Source: a virus. From it: 64,000 nucleotides of DNA. The number at the start of each line of letters is the position of its first letter. Positions within the stretch are counted from its first letter, which is position 1. The notes below the pieces were generated by a model. The model searched no databases and had not been told where the DNA came from. It saw only the letters and a program-made list of their open reading frames with translations. Position numbers and translations under genes: made by a program. The stretch spans positions 64,001 through 128,000 of the IMG/VR virus record IMGVR_UViG_3300047560_001714, one strand, 5' to 3'. Positions 36,801 to 46,357 of this stretch are shown here, piece by piece.

Positions 36801-36979
36801 ACGGTGATGAATGGTCGTGGGATAATACCAGATTGGAACGTATCAAATATAAACGTACTCTCGGTGATTGTGCGGTAGATGGGGTTATTCCAAACAGTAA
36901 AATCCTATCTGAAACACAAGAGTTCGACAAATGCAAAGAAGCGTTGAATATGATTATCAAAAAAATTGAAAACAAATAG
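33812..36979 (+). CDS. SF2 helicase with six N-terminal ~70-aa repeats
   Basis: Repeats M.Y.EAK.YIQS.EFNG...P..P...Y...F.W.DFLG; MGAGKT, DEIH, SGTP, CRLYRQG; GTG start. Confidence 0.85.
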   Translation: MAKKQFMTYDEAKSYIQSVEFNGKKIQSSLQYRNWRKSGAVTPMTFPRSPNSVYKKNKFSWGDFLGTGRITTLGRTYMSYDEAKTFIQSIEFNGVNIQTEKQFNEWRCLADNVPDNLPRSPKSVYQRCHFTWADFLNTNTKRNAPFMSYDEAKTYIQSIEFNGKKITTSTQFCEWHKTASIPYNFSRSPDKRYRRDNFSWGDFLGTGRISNSRRTFMTYEEAKEYIQSVEFNGEYITTEKKFIEWTNSNHYNTSIPKRPHRYYITATFKWADFLGTGRFSRRNIPYMNYQDAQKYIQSINFNGGPITSGDIFREWINSGVELPEMFPTQPGYAYRNQNFKWRDFLGTEGLTYSIKNYMPYEDAKAYIQSIEFNGAKIKSKEMYHKWYDSGVELPAKLPRTPWTAYRHHGFCTWDFFGKPYKYLWNTERLRNFLQSMAATIDKLSSVERYSILAAAGLLDLSTNTKNQAFKRVISNALNGKQYSVDDLTDFDIDDNDIDIDIDIDDTMQFAEIEPMINDISKHNMSVPAILDTIDTVTEIQKQFSGDVLGDFFVKTRVMMCWNLVINTNKPVDDVISEITHHNTGEYGTKIKNEFLHEFDETYNMLLPNGYSFHKNGQLVQPNLMQKYISHVLTTRTRYGQWSDMGAGKTLSAILASRTLNSKLTVVITVNNTVHDEFTGWAGEIKNAFPDSHVLLKDTTYLQFDTTNPNFLLLNYEKFQLPGTQDMIINLVENHKIDMIVLDEIHSAKKRDNTKESIRRANINAFITSATTKNPACRVLGMSGTPVVNDLAEAVSLLEMVTGDDYSFLSTTNSINNAIEIHKYLVLNGIRFKPTLHTMHLNETIIDIPVSDVEIIKNIAALPKGAMLQMEQQLLQPKIQTIIDNCQPQTIIYTQYVDGIVDEISEVLSKNSISHGFFTGNDKAGLEQFKNKQIDVLIASSPISTGVDGLQYICNKMIIVSLPWTHSLYQQLVCRLYRQGSNFTDIEIVIPKVIIENNGDEWSWDNTRLERIKYKRTLGDCAVDGVIPNSKILSETQEFDKCKEALNMIIKKIENK

Positions 36980-37042
36980 GTGTTGTAAATTTTTCAAAAT
37001 CAACGTATAATCTATTTTTCACTACTAACACTTGGTAATACT

Positions 37043-38062
37043 ATGACACACAAAATTGGTTTCGCATGCAAATGGATTGACAACGCATCACAAGTCGATG
37101 GCATCAAATCATCCGACGATTGCAAAAAATATAACACTGGTACAACCACTGTTGCGTGGCTTGACCGCCAAACCCCACATACTGCTGAGAAAAAATTATG
37201 GGACTTACTCAAACAAAATATCGAGGCAACTCGCAAGTTAGTTCACAAAGTTTCTACACTTGCTGAACCATTGCGTATGGTGCGTCTAAGTAGTGACATA
37301 CTCCCAGTATATACACATACTAAATATGCTGAATTTTATCGTCGTCCAGATGTTGTTGCCTATGCCGCACGTGAGTTTGCTCGTATTGGCGAGATTGCAC
37401 GACAAACTAATACCCGTCTATCATTCCATCCTGGCCAGTTTTGTGTATTAGCGTCAGACCGCCCAGATGTTGTCGATAACAGTATTGCAGAATTTGAATA
37501 CCACGCTGATATGGTACGTTGGCTTGGTTTTGGTACCACTTTCCAAGATATGAAAATTAACGTGCATATTGCTGGTAAACTTGGCCCTACTGGTATGCTT
37601 GCTGCATATGACCGATTAAGCGATGTTGCTAAAAATTGTATTACTATTGAAAATGAGGAGATTTCCTTTGGACTTGATGACTGCCTTACCCTTGCTAGTA
37701 GAATTCCTGTGGTTTTGGATATACACCACCACTTTATTAAGACAGGAGAATATATCCAACCCAATGACCCGCGTGTACAACTTGTTATTGATAGTTGGCG
37801 TGGTTGTCGCCCCACTATGCATTATTCTGTTAGTCGGGAAGATGTACTACCAACCCATTGCAAATCAACTTTGCCAGAACTTCAACTATTGCTTGAGGCT
37901 GGACTAAACAAACAGAAATTGCGTGCGCATTCCAATTTTATGTGGAATTCTGCTGTTAATCAATGGGCGTTAACATTCTTAGATAGTTTTGACATTATGG
38001 TCGAAGCCAAAGCAAAAAACCTTGCATCGTTTGCGCTATATGAGTTATCTAAAAATAGATAA
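37043..38062 (+). CDS. uvsE: UV damage endonuclease
   Basis: KIGFAC, RLSSDILP, SFHPGQF, IENEE, LDIHHH, MHYS, HS, MVEAKAK. Confidence 0.92.
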   Translation: MTHKIGFACKWIDNASQVDGIKSSDDCKKYNTGTTTVAWLDRQTPHTAEKKLWDLLKQNIEATRKLVHKVSTLAEPLRMVRLSSDILPVYTHTKYAEFYRRPDVVAYAAREFARIGEIARQTNTRLSFHPGQFCVLASDRPDVVDNSIAEFEYHADMVRWLGFGTTFQDMKINVHIAGKLGPTGMLAAYDRLSDVAKNCITIENEEISFGLDDCLTLASRIPVVLDIHHHFIKTGEYIQPNDPRVQLVIDSWRGCRPTMHYSVSREDVLPTHCKSTLPELQLLLEAGLNKQKLRAHSNFMWNSAVNQWALTFLDSFDIMVEAKAKNLASFALYELSKNR

Positions 38063-38338
38063 CTATTGACATGGTGGGAAGTATATGATATACTTCTCAC
38101 CTAAATTAATTGGACATACCGATGACCCTTAAAACAATTTATGCGGTGCGGCAAGAGGATGACGTAATTGCCGCATATGAAAATAAACAAGATGCATTAG
38201 ATTATGTGGACTTTATCACTGAGCAAGATTCTTCTTGTGATGTTATAGAAATACCATATTATTATGGTGCATAAATGACACCACCTATTAAAACACACAG
38301 TAAATACAGAGAGGAAACCAAAATAATGGACGGATAAT

Positions 38339-38575
38339 ATGCAAAAAATACCTGAAAACATTGAACATAGAATTCAATTGAAAAAAATTGAAATTAAAAA
38401 TTATGAACAATCAATAAAAAACTACCCGCCACAACGTATGCAAACACATGGCGAACCATATCTTCGACAGCTAAAAAACGAGTTAATAATTCTCAATAAT
38501 GAATTAGAAGACCGTGAAAAGCAGATACGTAAAGACATTTACCATAAACGTAGGAATAAGAGAAAAACAGTATGA
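38339..38575 (+). CDS. Hypothetical coiled-coil protein
   Basis: ORF in operon. Confidence 0.5.
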   Translation: MQKIPENIEHRIQLKKIEIKNYEQSIKNYPPQRMQTHGEPYLRQLKNELIILNNELEDREKQIRKDIYHKRRNKRKTV

Positions 38576-38766
38576 TGCAAACCATTACATTCGAAACATT
38601 CTTTATTATGGATGGTGAAAAAATATTAGTTGGCCCATTGTCAAATGCAGGGTGTGCTTTGCGTAAGAAAGCAACCTACAAAAAGAGATACTACCCAAAT
38701 TTGACAATTGCCAAAAAAATTAATACAGTGGAACTACGAGTAAATGGCGACGGAATCAGAAGATAA
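38572..38766 (+). CDS. Hypothetical protein
   Basis: Coupled ORF. Confidence 0.45.
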   Translation: MMQTITFETFFIMDGEKILVGPLSNAGCALRKKATYKKRYYPNLTIAKKINTVELRVNGDGIRR

Positions 38767-38917
38767 AAGTAACTATACTAAAAATATCTGCCCAGAATGT
38801 GGCGGACCATTATTACTGTTCATGTCAATGAACTTAAAATGCTGCAATGATTGCAGGCGAGAATATACGTGGCTATTGTCACCGAAACAGAAACCCTTAG
38901 TACAACATCAGAGGTAA
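38744..38917 (+). CDS. Small Zn-ribbon protein
   Basis: 57 aa; CPECGG and CNDC. Confidence 0.5.
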   Translation: MATESEDKSNYTKNICPECGGPLLLFMSMNLKCCNDCRREYTWLLSPKQKPLVQHQR

Positions 38918-38919
38918 TT

Positions 38920-39171
38920 ATGAAAGAAACCAGTATTGCAGCGATAATCACGGGTGCCCTTATTGTTATTTTAGTAGGTGCTGTCGGATTTGCGATATAC
39001 AATGAGTCACAATTTGAAACAAAGCTGCAAAATCAGACACCATCTGGCTGCACATTTTTAGGACAAGCACGCGATTTACGTAAAGTAGCTTTTTATGCCT
39101 GCGGTTCTGATAAAGAAATTATTATGGCATTTTCTGGCAATCAACCAAACTATAAAGGAGACAATAAATGA
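38920..39171 (+). CDS. Small single-TM protein
   Basis: GAGGT Shine-Dalgarno; N-terminal hydrophobic helix. Confidence 0.55.
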   Translation: MKETSIAAIITGALIVILVGAVGFAIYNESQFETKLQNQTPSGCTFLGQARDLRKVAFYACGSDKEIIMAFSGNQPNYKGDNK

Positions 39172-39542
39172 GTGTTTTTACAGATCAAGAAAAATTTATG
39201 ACAGCATGTGACCAATCGGTTGATAAGTTCAACGACCCACAATATAAGCTGTATATCGACTTAATCAAAGAAGAAGTCCAAGAATTGAACGATGCCATCA
39301 AAGATGGGGATCTTACCGAACAATTAGATGCATTGATTGATATCTTAGTTGTAACAACTGGTGCTATTCATTCGGCTGGGTTTGATGCAAACGGCGCTTG
39401 GGACGAAGTTATGAAAACTAACTTTGCTAAAATCGACCCAACGACTGGTAAAGTTAACAAACGAGCCGATGGGAAAGTACTAAAACCAGAAGGCTGGGTT
39501 GCCCCCAACCTAATTCCATTTTTAAGAAAACGCGGAGAATAA
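39168..39542 (+). CDS. MazG-like NTP pyrophosphohydrolase (PRA-PH family)
   Basis: LIKEEVQEL, DALIDILVVT, EV...N..K, DGKVLKPEGW..P. Confidence 0.88.
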   Translation: MSVFTDQEKFMTACDQSVDKFNDPQYKLYIDLIKEEVQELNDAIKDGDLTEQLDALIDILVVTTGAIHSAGFDANGAWDEVMKTNFAKIDPTTGKVNKRADGKVLKPEGWVAPNLIPFLRKRGE

Positions 39543-39543
39543 A

Positions 39544-40209
39544 ATGACAACATTGACAAAAGAATTGGTATATACGCCGATGGTGCGTGTTTATAAAAAC
39601 ATGCTATTATCGATTTTAACGACCTTTGTCACTATTTTTTTCGTTGGAACACACTTTCCATCGTTTACATTTTTGTATAATGGTGCGATGTTATGGGTGA
39701 CAATATTATTACCACTCCCAGCAATATTTGCGGTATCATCTATTTTACAGAATTGCAAAACAGATGCGCTTAACTATGCTGCATTTCTAGGATTTGCTGT
39801 TTTAATGGGTCTGTCGTTGGCGCCTGTGGTAATAGTGTCCCCATTAGAATTAGTTGGAACCGCATTTGGTTCAGCGGCGTTACTGTTTACCACAATGGCT
39901 GCGTATGGTGCATATACCAAACGAGATTTATCTAGTTGGGGCAGTTTCTTAATGGTTGGATTAATTGCGTTAATTATAGCTAGTTTTATTAACATTTTTG
40001 TGTTAAACTCTATGCTAAATTTAATTATTAGTGGTATTACTATTATTGTGTTCTTAGGACTAACTGCGTATGATGTACAATCGATTCAAGAAATGATTCG
40101 TTATGAACAAAATACTGGTTTAGAATTAATGGGCGCATTATTGTTATACATGAATTTCATCAACTTATTCCTAAGTATCTTACGAATACTTAGTGAAACG
40201 CACGATTAG
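39544..40209 (+). CDS. Bax inhibitor-1/YccA family membrane protein
   Basis: Seven TM segments; TKRDLS.WG.FL, TAYD.Q.I, LY..FINLF. Confidence 0.9.
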   Translation: MTTLTKELVYTPMVRVYKNMLLSILTTFVTIFFVGTHFPSFTFLYNGAMLWVTILLPLPAIFAVSSILQNCKTDALNYAAFLGFAVLMGLSLAPVVIVSPLELVGTAFGSAALLFTTMAAYGAYTKRDLSSWGSFLMVGLIALIIASFINIFVLNSMLNLIISGITIIVFLGLTAYDVQSIQEMIRYEQNTGLELMGALLLYMNFINLFLSILRILSETHD

Positions 40210-40218
40210 ATTACATTT

Positions 40219-40246
40219 AAAGCCCTGGAAATTTCCAGGGCTTTTT
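40219..40246. terminator. Bidirectional intrinsic terminator
   Basis: AAAGCCCTGGAA..TTCCAGGGCTTTTT. Confidence 0.8.
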
Positions 40247-40263
40247 ACTACACAGGAGATACT

Positions 40264-41076
40264 ATGAGAAAAAGTTATTGGTCATGTTCAGAGTTTGCTG
40301 ATTGGTTGCGTGGAACTAAAAAGTTACCGTATGGTACAAGCGATGAATGGGATGATTGGGATTCTTTAGCAAAAGCAAATAATCAAATTAGATTTTGGCT
40401 GGCTGAAACCGCATTGGACAAACTACAGGATATTATAATGTGGCCGATTGACACAATTTATAATATCAAATATTATTGTGTAAACCGATGGGTAACCAAA
40501 ACACACCAACTTACAGCTGCGCCGCAGGACATTAAACCAGGTGAATGGTGTGATGTAGGTAATAGGTTTTTGCCTTGTTTATTCAACGAATTAGTCAATT
40601 TTGTTGAGGTTGAGCAAGCGTGGCATCATATTGCGTGGGATGAGGATGCTAGTAAAAAATACGAGGCACCATTCAATGCTAGTGGATATTTTAATACTCG
40701 AACTTGGAGATGTCCGGAAGCTGGGTTAGAATATTTAGACTGGGCAAGTGAATTAAGATACGATGCCAATATAATGGCATCTGATCATCCTAAGTTTGGC
40801 CATCTTACTGACCAAGCATTAGCGGCACGTGAGATTAGAGAACTTTACTACTGGTGGAAAGTGCAACGCCCACAGCGGGTTGACCCATATGATGCCAGTG
40901 GGTTTAATGAGTTAATTGACCAGGATGCAAAATTTTTTACATCTTTGAAAAACATGGATAAAGACAAATCTAAAAAAGCTAATGAAATGATACGAGATTT
41001 GGAAGAACTTTACGAAAATGAGGATGAAGAAATGATGATTAGGCTAATAAAAATTAGGCAAGGATTGTGGACATGA
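40264..41076 (+). CDS. Phage hypothetical protein
   Basis: GGAG Shine-Dalgarno; W-rich; ends M.IRLIKIR..LWT. Confidence 0.7.
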   Translation: MRKSYWSCSEFADWLRGTKKLPYGTSDEWDDWDSLAKANNQIRFWLAETALDKLQDIIMWPIDTIYNIKYYCVNRWVTKTHQLTAAPQDIKPGEWCDVGNRFLPCLFNELVNFVEVEQAWHHIAWDEDASKKYEAPFNASGYFNTRTWRCPEAGLEYLDWASELRYDANIMASDHPKFGHLTDQALAAREIRELYYWWKVQRPQRVDPYDASGFNELIDQDAKFFTSLKNMDKDKSKKANEMIRDLEELYENEDEEMMIRLIKIRQGLWT

Positions 41077-42446
41077 CTAATGAAGAAAGAATTAGAATTT
41101 TAGACGAAAAGCGAGAAAAAATCGATGAAATAAGTCCTAGTTTTTGCACAGCAAAATGGTTGCAAACAACTTTATATCTACAAAACGGGTATAACCATAG
41201 TTGCCACCATCCTAGTCCTCATAAGATTCCACTTGCTGAAATTAAAATAGATCCTGCGTCATTGCACAATAGCTCTTTTAAAAAGTCGCAACGTGTTATG
41301 ATGAAGCAAGGTCAACGACCGCCTGAATGTGAATATTGTTGGAAAATTGAAGACCTTAATAAAAATTATTTTTCTGACAGGCATTATAAAACATCTGATA
41401 CGTGGGCATGGCCCCGATTTGATGAAATTGCCGCATCTGATCCTACCATTAACGTATTTCCGAGTTACCTTGAAGTTAGTTTTAGTAATGCATGTAACTT
41501 TGCATGTGCGTACTGTTCTCCAGAAATAAGCAGTAAATGGATGGAAGACATAGTTGAGTACGGCCAATATCCAACTGAACATAGCAGTCATAGTCTAAGT
41601 TATTTAGAGAGTGTCGGTAAGATGCCGTATAAAAACAATGAAGAGAATCCATATGTAGATGCATTTTGGCAATGGTTCCCAGAAGCGTTACCTAACTTAA
41701 AAGTTCTTCGAATCACTGGTGGCGAGCCCACTATGGCAAAATCAATGTGGCGATTGTTAGATTACCTAATTGAGAATCCAAATTTAGATCTAAATATTGC
41801 GATTAACACAAATGCATGTGTTGACAATAAACTGATTGATAAACTAATCGAAAAGATCAACAAATTAACAGAGATTGGGATATCTGTTGATATATACACA
41901 AGTCTAGAAAGTATTGGTGAGCAAGCCGAATATGTGAGAGATGGGTTATCATACGATCAATGGTGTAGGAATGTACATCGTTTTCTCTCCGAAACTTCGT
42001 CAACAGTTTCATTAATGACAACTATTAATATATTGAGTCTTCCGACTTTTACGAAGTTCATCTCATTAATTATGGAATTTCGTAAAATTTACAATAAAGA
42101 TTTTGCATACAATCGAATCCCATTAAGTATAAATTACTTACGGTGGCCACCGCATTTGCAAGCAACGCTGTTGGATCAAGATACTAGGACAACTTATGCA
42201 ACTGAAATTGAAGAGTTTTGCGAACAATGGTTGAAATACTATAGTCCAGAACTTTATGCAAGAATTTACCTTGAAGAGTTTGATCAAATAAAAAGATTCT
42301 GTGATTATTTAAGAACATCCGTCACTGAATTAAATTACAGAAAAGACTTTGTGAACTATATAAATACATACGATTTTCGACGAGGAAAAAATTTCGCAGA
42401 ATGTTTTCCAGAATATAAAAACTTATTAGAGAAGTGGAATGCCTAA
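41073..42446 (+). CDS. Radical SAM protein (twitch-type N-terminus)
   Basis: C.AKW..SCHHP, CNFACAYC, ITGGEP, INTN. Confidence 0.9.
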   Translation: MTNEERIRILDEKREKIDEISPSFCTAKWLQTTLYLQNGYNHSCHHPSPHKIPLAEIKIDPASLHNSSFKKSQRVMMKQGQRPPECEYCWKIEDLNKNYFSDRHYKTSDTWAWPRFDEIAASDPTINVFPSYLEVSFSNACNFACAYCSPEISSKWMEDIVEYGQYPTEHSSHSLSYLESVGKMPYKNNEENPYVDAFWQWFPEALPNLKVLRITGGEPTMAKSMWRLLDYLIENPNLDLNIAINTNACVDNKLIDKLIEKINKLTEIGISVDIYTSLESIGEQAEYVRDGLSYDQWCRNVHRFLSETSSTVSLMTTINILSLPTFTKFISLIMEFRKIYNKDFAYNRIPLSINYLRWPPHLQATLLDQDTRTTYATEIEEFCEQWLKYYSPELYARIYLEEFDQIKRFCDYLRTSVTELNYRKDFVNYINTYDFRRGKNFAECFPEYKNLLEKWNA

Positions 42447-43890
42447 AAAACCAGAAGAAAGTTTAAAACAATACCGAATTCGTGTATTAGATAGCAAGAG
42501 CAATAGCTTTTGTGGTGCAAAGTGGTTTAATGCAACCACATGGTTAGGTAGCGGAACAACTGCTAGTTGTCATCACCCTCCTGCACACACTATTCCAATA
42601 TCCGAAGTAAACGAAAATTTTACAGCGATACATAACACCTCTCATAAAAAAGCAATGCGTCGAATGATGCAAGAAGGTGAAAGACCTCGTGAATGCGAAT
42701 ATTGCTGGAAGATGGAAGACATGGGTAAAGATGCTGTGAGTGATCGTGTTTTCAAAAGCATAATTTACACAGACGAAGAACTTGATATCGCATATAATAC
42801 ACATCAAGATGAAAACGTGCAACTTAAAACATTTGAAATCGCATTCGACCGAGTATGTAATTTAGCATGTTCGTATTGTAATGCATCTTTTTCAACTACA
42901 TGGGCTAAGGACATTAAAAACAATGGTCCTTATCAGAACTTAGTCAGTGACGGTGCAGGCGCGTATCATCATGCTGGAGATTGGGCTCAACCGTTTAAGG
43001 ATGATCAAGAAAATCCATACATACAAGCATTTTGGAAGTGGTGGGACAATGGTCTTTCGGACAGTTTGCAAGAACTAAGAATTACTGGCGGCGAACCTCT
43101 AATGAGTGGAAATACGTGGAAGTTAATGGATTGGTTCGAATCACAGAACTCAGATATTCGATTTGCGATTAATACCAACCTAATTGCAAAAAAAGATATT
43201 ATTGACGCACTAATAGATAAATCGCATAATATTAAGAATTTTGATTTATATACTAGCTGCGAATCAGTTGGTGCTCATGCTGAGTATATCCGAGATGGAT
43301 TAGATTACAATCTATGGTTAGCAAACTTGACTAGAGTTTTAACTGAAGCTCGTTATCATGAGGTAAATGTAATGATGACCATTAATAGTCTTTGCTTGTT
43401 TAGCATTACTGACTTTTTAGATGAAATTTATAAATTAAAAGAATTAACACAAAGTAAAAGTCCTGCTGTTAGTTTAAACTTACTTAGATTTCCTAGTTTT
43501 CAAAGTCCTCTCGCATTACCAACACACATAAAAGATGTATTGCATAAAAATCTTTCAGAATGGTACGAACAGAAAAAATCATTGCCGTATTGGGATACCT
43601 TTGAAAAAACAAATATTGAACGGTTAATCGATTACTTAATCACGGTTGATGCTCCACACCGCCGCACAAGTAATTCAATTACATTATGGAGAGATTTTAA
43701 AACATTCTATAAACAATACGATGTCCGTAGAAACAAAGATATAAATGTTTTCCCTCCGATATTAACCGAGTGGATTGAAAGTATTCCGGATACTGATTCT
43801 GCTATTCAAGAATTAGCTGAGAAAGAAGGTTGGATATTAACACCTGATAACAAAAATATAGATAACCCAACGGCAACATATGACAAATAA
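42439..43890 (+). CDS. Radical SAM protein (twitch-type N-terminus)
   Basis: CGAKW..SCHHP, CNLACSYC, ITGGEP. Confidence 0.9.
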   Translation: MPKKPEESLKQYRIRVLDSKSNSFCGAKWFNATTWLGSGTTASCHHPPAHTIPISEVNENFTAIHNTSHKKAMRRMMQEGERPRECEYCWKMEDMGKDAVSDRVFKSIIYTDEELDIAYNTHQDENVQLKTFEIAFDRVCNLACSYCNASFSTTWAKDIKNNGPYQNLVSDGAGAYHHAGDWAQPFKDDQENPYIQAFWKWWDNGLSDSLQELRITGGEPLMSGNTWKLMDWFESQNSDIRFAINTNLIAKKDIIDALIDKSHNIKNFDLYTSCESVGAHAEYIRDGLDYNLWLANLTRVLTEARYHEVNVMMTINSLCLFSITDFLDEIYKLKELTQSKSPAVSLNLLRFPSFQSPLALPTHIKDVLHKNLSEWYEQKKSLPYWDTFEKTNIERLIDYLITVDAPHRRTSNSITLWRDFKTFYKQYDVRRNKDINVFPPILTEWIESIPDTDSAIQELAEKEGWILTPDNKNIDNPTATYDK

Positions 43891-45202
43891 AATCGGAAAA
43901 TATTTTTGTGTTGCTCCATGGACTCATACATATCTAAGTCCACAAAGTGAACGCCGTATATGTTGCGCAAGTCGGGAACCAGCAGCATGGCAACGGCAAT
44001 ACATAGATTCGAAAGGTACAGACTGCGATACATACTCTCCAAAAACTCTTGAAGAACATTGGAATAGCGAACACATGAAAAGTGTTCGCAAACGAATTCT
44101 AGCAGGGGAAAAAATCCCAGAATGTCAAGTATGCAATGATCAGTTACTAAACCTTCATACTTATAGACAATATTTTACAGATTCTTTATTTCCTCATAAA
44201 ATAGAAGATATTATAAATTCTACCGACGAAACCGGCTATACGACAATGAATCCGATTAGTTTTGATTATAGAATTTATAACTTATGTAATTTTAAATGTC
44301 GTATGTGTGGAGAACAGCTATCTAGTTCTTGGGAATCAGAAAAACGCCAGATGAATAACTGGAGTTCAATTCACGACAAGTGGATGATTTTAGAAAATAA
44401 ACAGTTAATCCAGGAGTTCCAGCAAGGAGTTGCTGAACAAGAATTATGGAAAAGTGTTAAAAATCATACTATAGAAGAAATTTATTGGGTAGGCGGTGAA
44501 CCATTGATGTACAACATTCACTGGGATGTTATGAACTACTTAGTCAAATCAGGGCATAGCAAGAACGTGGTTGTTAGATATAATACTAATTTAAGTCGTA
44601 CTAGTTATAAAGATAACAATTTATATGATTTACTAACTCATTTTAAGAGGGTGAATATATGTGCAAGCATAGATGCAACAAAAGAGATTGGAGAATGGAT
44701 ACGAACCGGTCTTAACTGGAACGAATGGCTCGACAACTTTAAATCCGGTATTTTTTTAAATGAAAAATATGGAATGGACGCAATGGTGTTAGATGTAACA
44801 TTAACATTACCTGGTTTACTAGGAATCAAGGATATGATCGATTTAGCGGTGGAATTAAATGTTAAAAGTTACGTGAAGATTACATTTGATTTTGATTCTA
44901 GTGCAATTATGAGTCCAATGTGTTTACCTAAAGAAATTTTAAATGAAATTTGTAATGATTTAATCGAATACGAAACCCAACATGGAAATTTATTAACTAG
45001 AATCTATAGTCAAACGTTCCGAGATATGCTGAATCGACCGACTTTTGAGGATAAATATCCTGATTATAGACAAGGACTAATTAAAGGTAAGGAACGATAC
45101 AAAAATATCGCAGAATTTAGGAAAGACGGCCAAATAGCTGTGACAATAGAAGATATCTTCAAAAAAAATAACAAAATTTTTAATTGGTGGAATTCTATAT
45201 GA
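43880..45202 (+). CDS. Radical SAM protein (SPASM/twitch)
   Basis: CVAPW..CC, CNFKCRMC, VGGEP, YNTN. Confidence 0.9.
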   Translation: MTNKIGKYFCVAPWTHTYLSPQSERRICCASREPAAWQRQYIDSKGTDCDTYSPKTLEEHWNSEHMKSVRKRILAGEKIPECQVCNDQLLNLHTYRQYFTDSLFPHKIEDIINSTDETGYTTMNPISFDYRIYNLCNFKCRMCGEQLSSSWESEKRQMNNWSSIHDKWMILENKQLIQEFQQGVAEQELWKSVKNHTIEEIYWVGGEPLMYNIHWDVMNYLVKSGHSKNVVVRYNTNLSRTSYKDNNLYDLLTHFKRVNICASIDATKEIGEWIRTGLNWNEWLDNFKSGIFLNEKYGMDAMVLDVTLTLPGLLGIKDMIDLAVELNVKSYVKITFDFDSSAIMSPMCLPKEILNEICNDLIEYETQHGNLLTRIYSQTFRDMLNRPTFEDKYPDYRQGLIKGKERYKNIAEFRKDGQIAVTIEDIFKKNNKIFNWWNSI

Positions 45203-46356
45203 GTACCTTATGTCCTCTACCGTGGATACATTTAGCAAGTCACCCAGAAGGAAAGGTTACACTATGTTGTATTAGTGAACATGCTTGTAATATGAGTGCT
45301 GCTCGAACAAACGGCGAGACCTTAAATTTAAACAAACACTCTGTATTTGAAATTGTAAATAACGATTACTTTAAAAAAACAAGACTAGAAATGTTAGCCG
45401 GAGTCAAACCTACCGCGTGTTCTCGATGTTATCGAGAGGAAGAGTTAACCGGAAAAAGTAAGCGATTATCCGAAAAATTAAAATTTAGTGTCGATTATTC
45501 AACTAATACAGACGGATCTATTATTCCTAATTTAAAATTTATCGAACTTCGACTAGGTAACCTATGTAACGTTAAATGCAGAACATGCAATCCTGCATCT
45601 AGCACACAGTGGATACAAGAATATAATAAATTACAACAGGAATTAAATTTTGTAGCAAACTATGACACTAAGATTAATACAGATTGGACACAAAGTGACA
45701 AGTTTTGGGATGATTTATTAGAAAATAGTAAGGACATAGAATTAATTTATATTAACGGTGGGGAGCCCACGTTAGTTGAGAAACATTGGACTTATCTTGA
45801 AAGATTGATCGACGCAAATTTAAATGAACAAGTTACTCTTTGGTATAACATTAATATGACAAATGTACCAGACAATCTTGTTAATATCTGGAGACAATTT
45901 AAGAAAGTTATTGTTCACGGGTCAATCGACGATATTAACGAACGCAACTCATATATTAGAAAAGGTACTAATTGGAATTCTGTAGAATCTAACTTAATTA
46001 AGTTAAAATCTTTAGATTGGATCGAGTTGCATGTCACTCAAACCGTCAGTTGGTTAAACATTTACTATGTTCCCGAATTTAATGATTATTTTGAATCACA
46101 CCAGATAAATACGCATATTAATTTAGTCTATGATCCGATTTTTTTAAGCCCATTTGTAATTCCAAATTATGCTAAAGAAGAATTATTTAAAAAATTTAGT
46201 GGAACAAAATTTAACTGGCTTATACCGTTAATTAAGACAGGAGAAGACTTAGAAATATTCAAGCAAGGCGTTGAATATAACAGATGGTTAGACCGATCAA
46301 GAAACGAAAATTTTCAAACACATTTTTCCGAATGGACAACTATTTTAAGGATATAA
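45199..46356 (+). CDS. Radical SAM protein (SPASM/twitch)
   Basis: CPLPW..LCC, CNVKCRTC, NGGEP. Confidence 0.9.
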   Translation: MSTLCPLPWIHLASHPEGKVTLCCISEHACNMSAARTNGETLNLNKHSVFEIVNNDYFKKTRLEMLAGVKPTACSRCYREEELTGKSKRLSEKLKFSVDYSTNTDGSIIPNLKFIELRLGNLCNVKCRTCNPASSTQWIQEYNKLQQELNFVANYDTKINTDWTQSDKFWDDLLENSKDIELIYINGGEPTLVEKHWTYLERLIDANLNEQVTLWYNINMTNVPDNLVNIWRQFKKVIVHGSIDDINERNSYIRKGTNWNSVESNLIKLKSLDWIELHVTQTVSWLNIYYVPEFNDYFESHQINTHINLVYDPIFLSPFVIPNYAKEELFKKFSGTKFNWLIPLIKTGEDLEIFKQGVEYNRWLDRSRNENFQTHFSEWTTILRI

Positions 46357-46357
46357 C

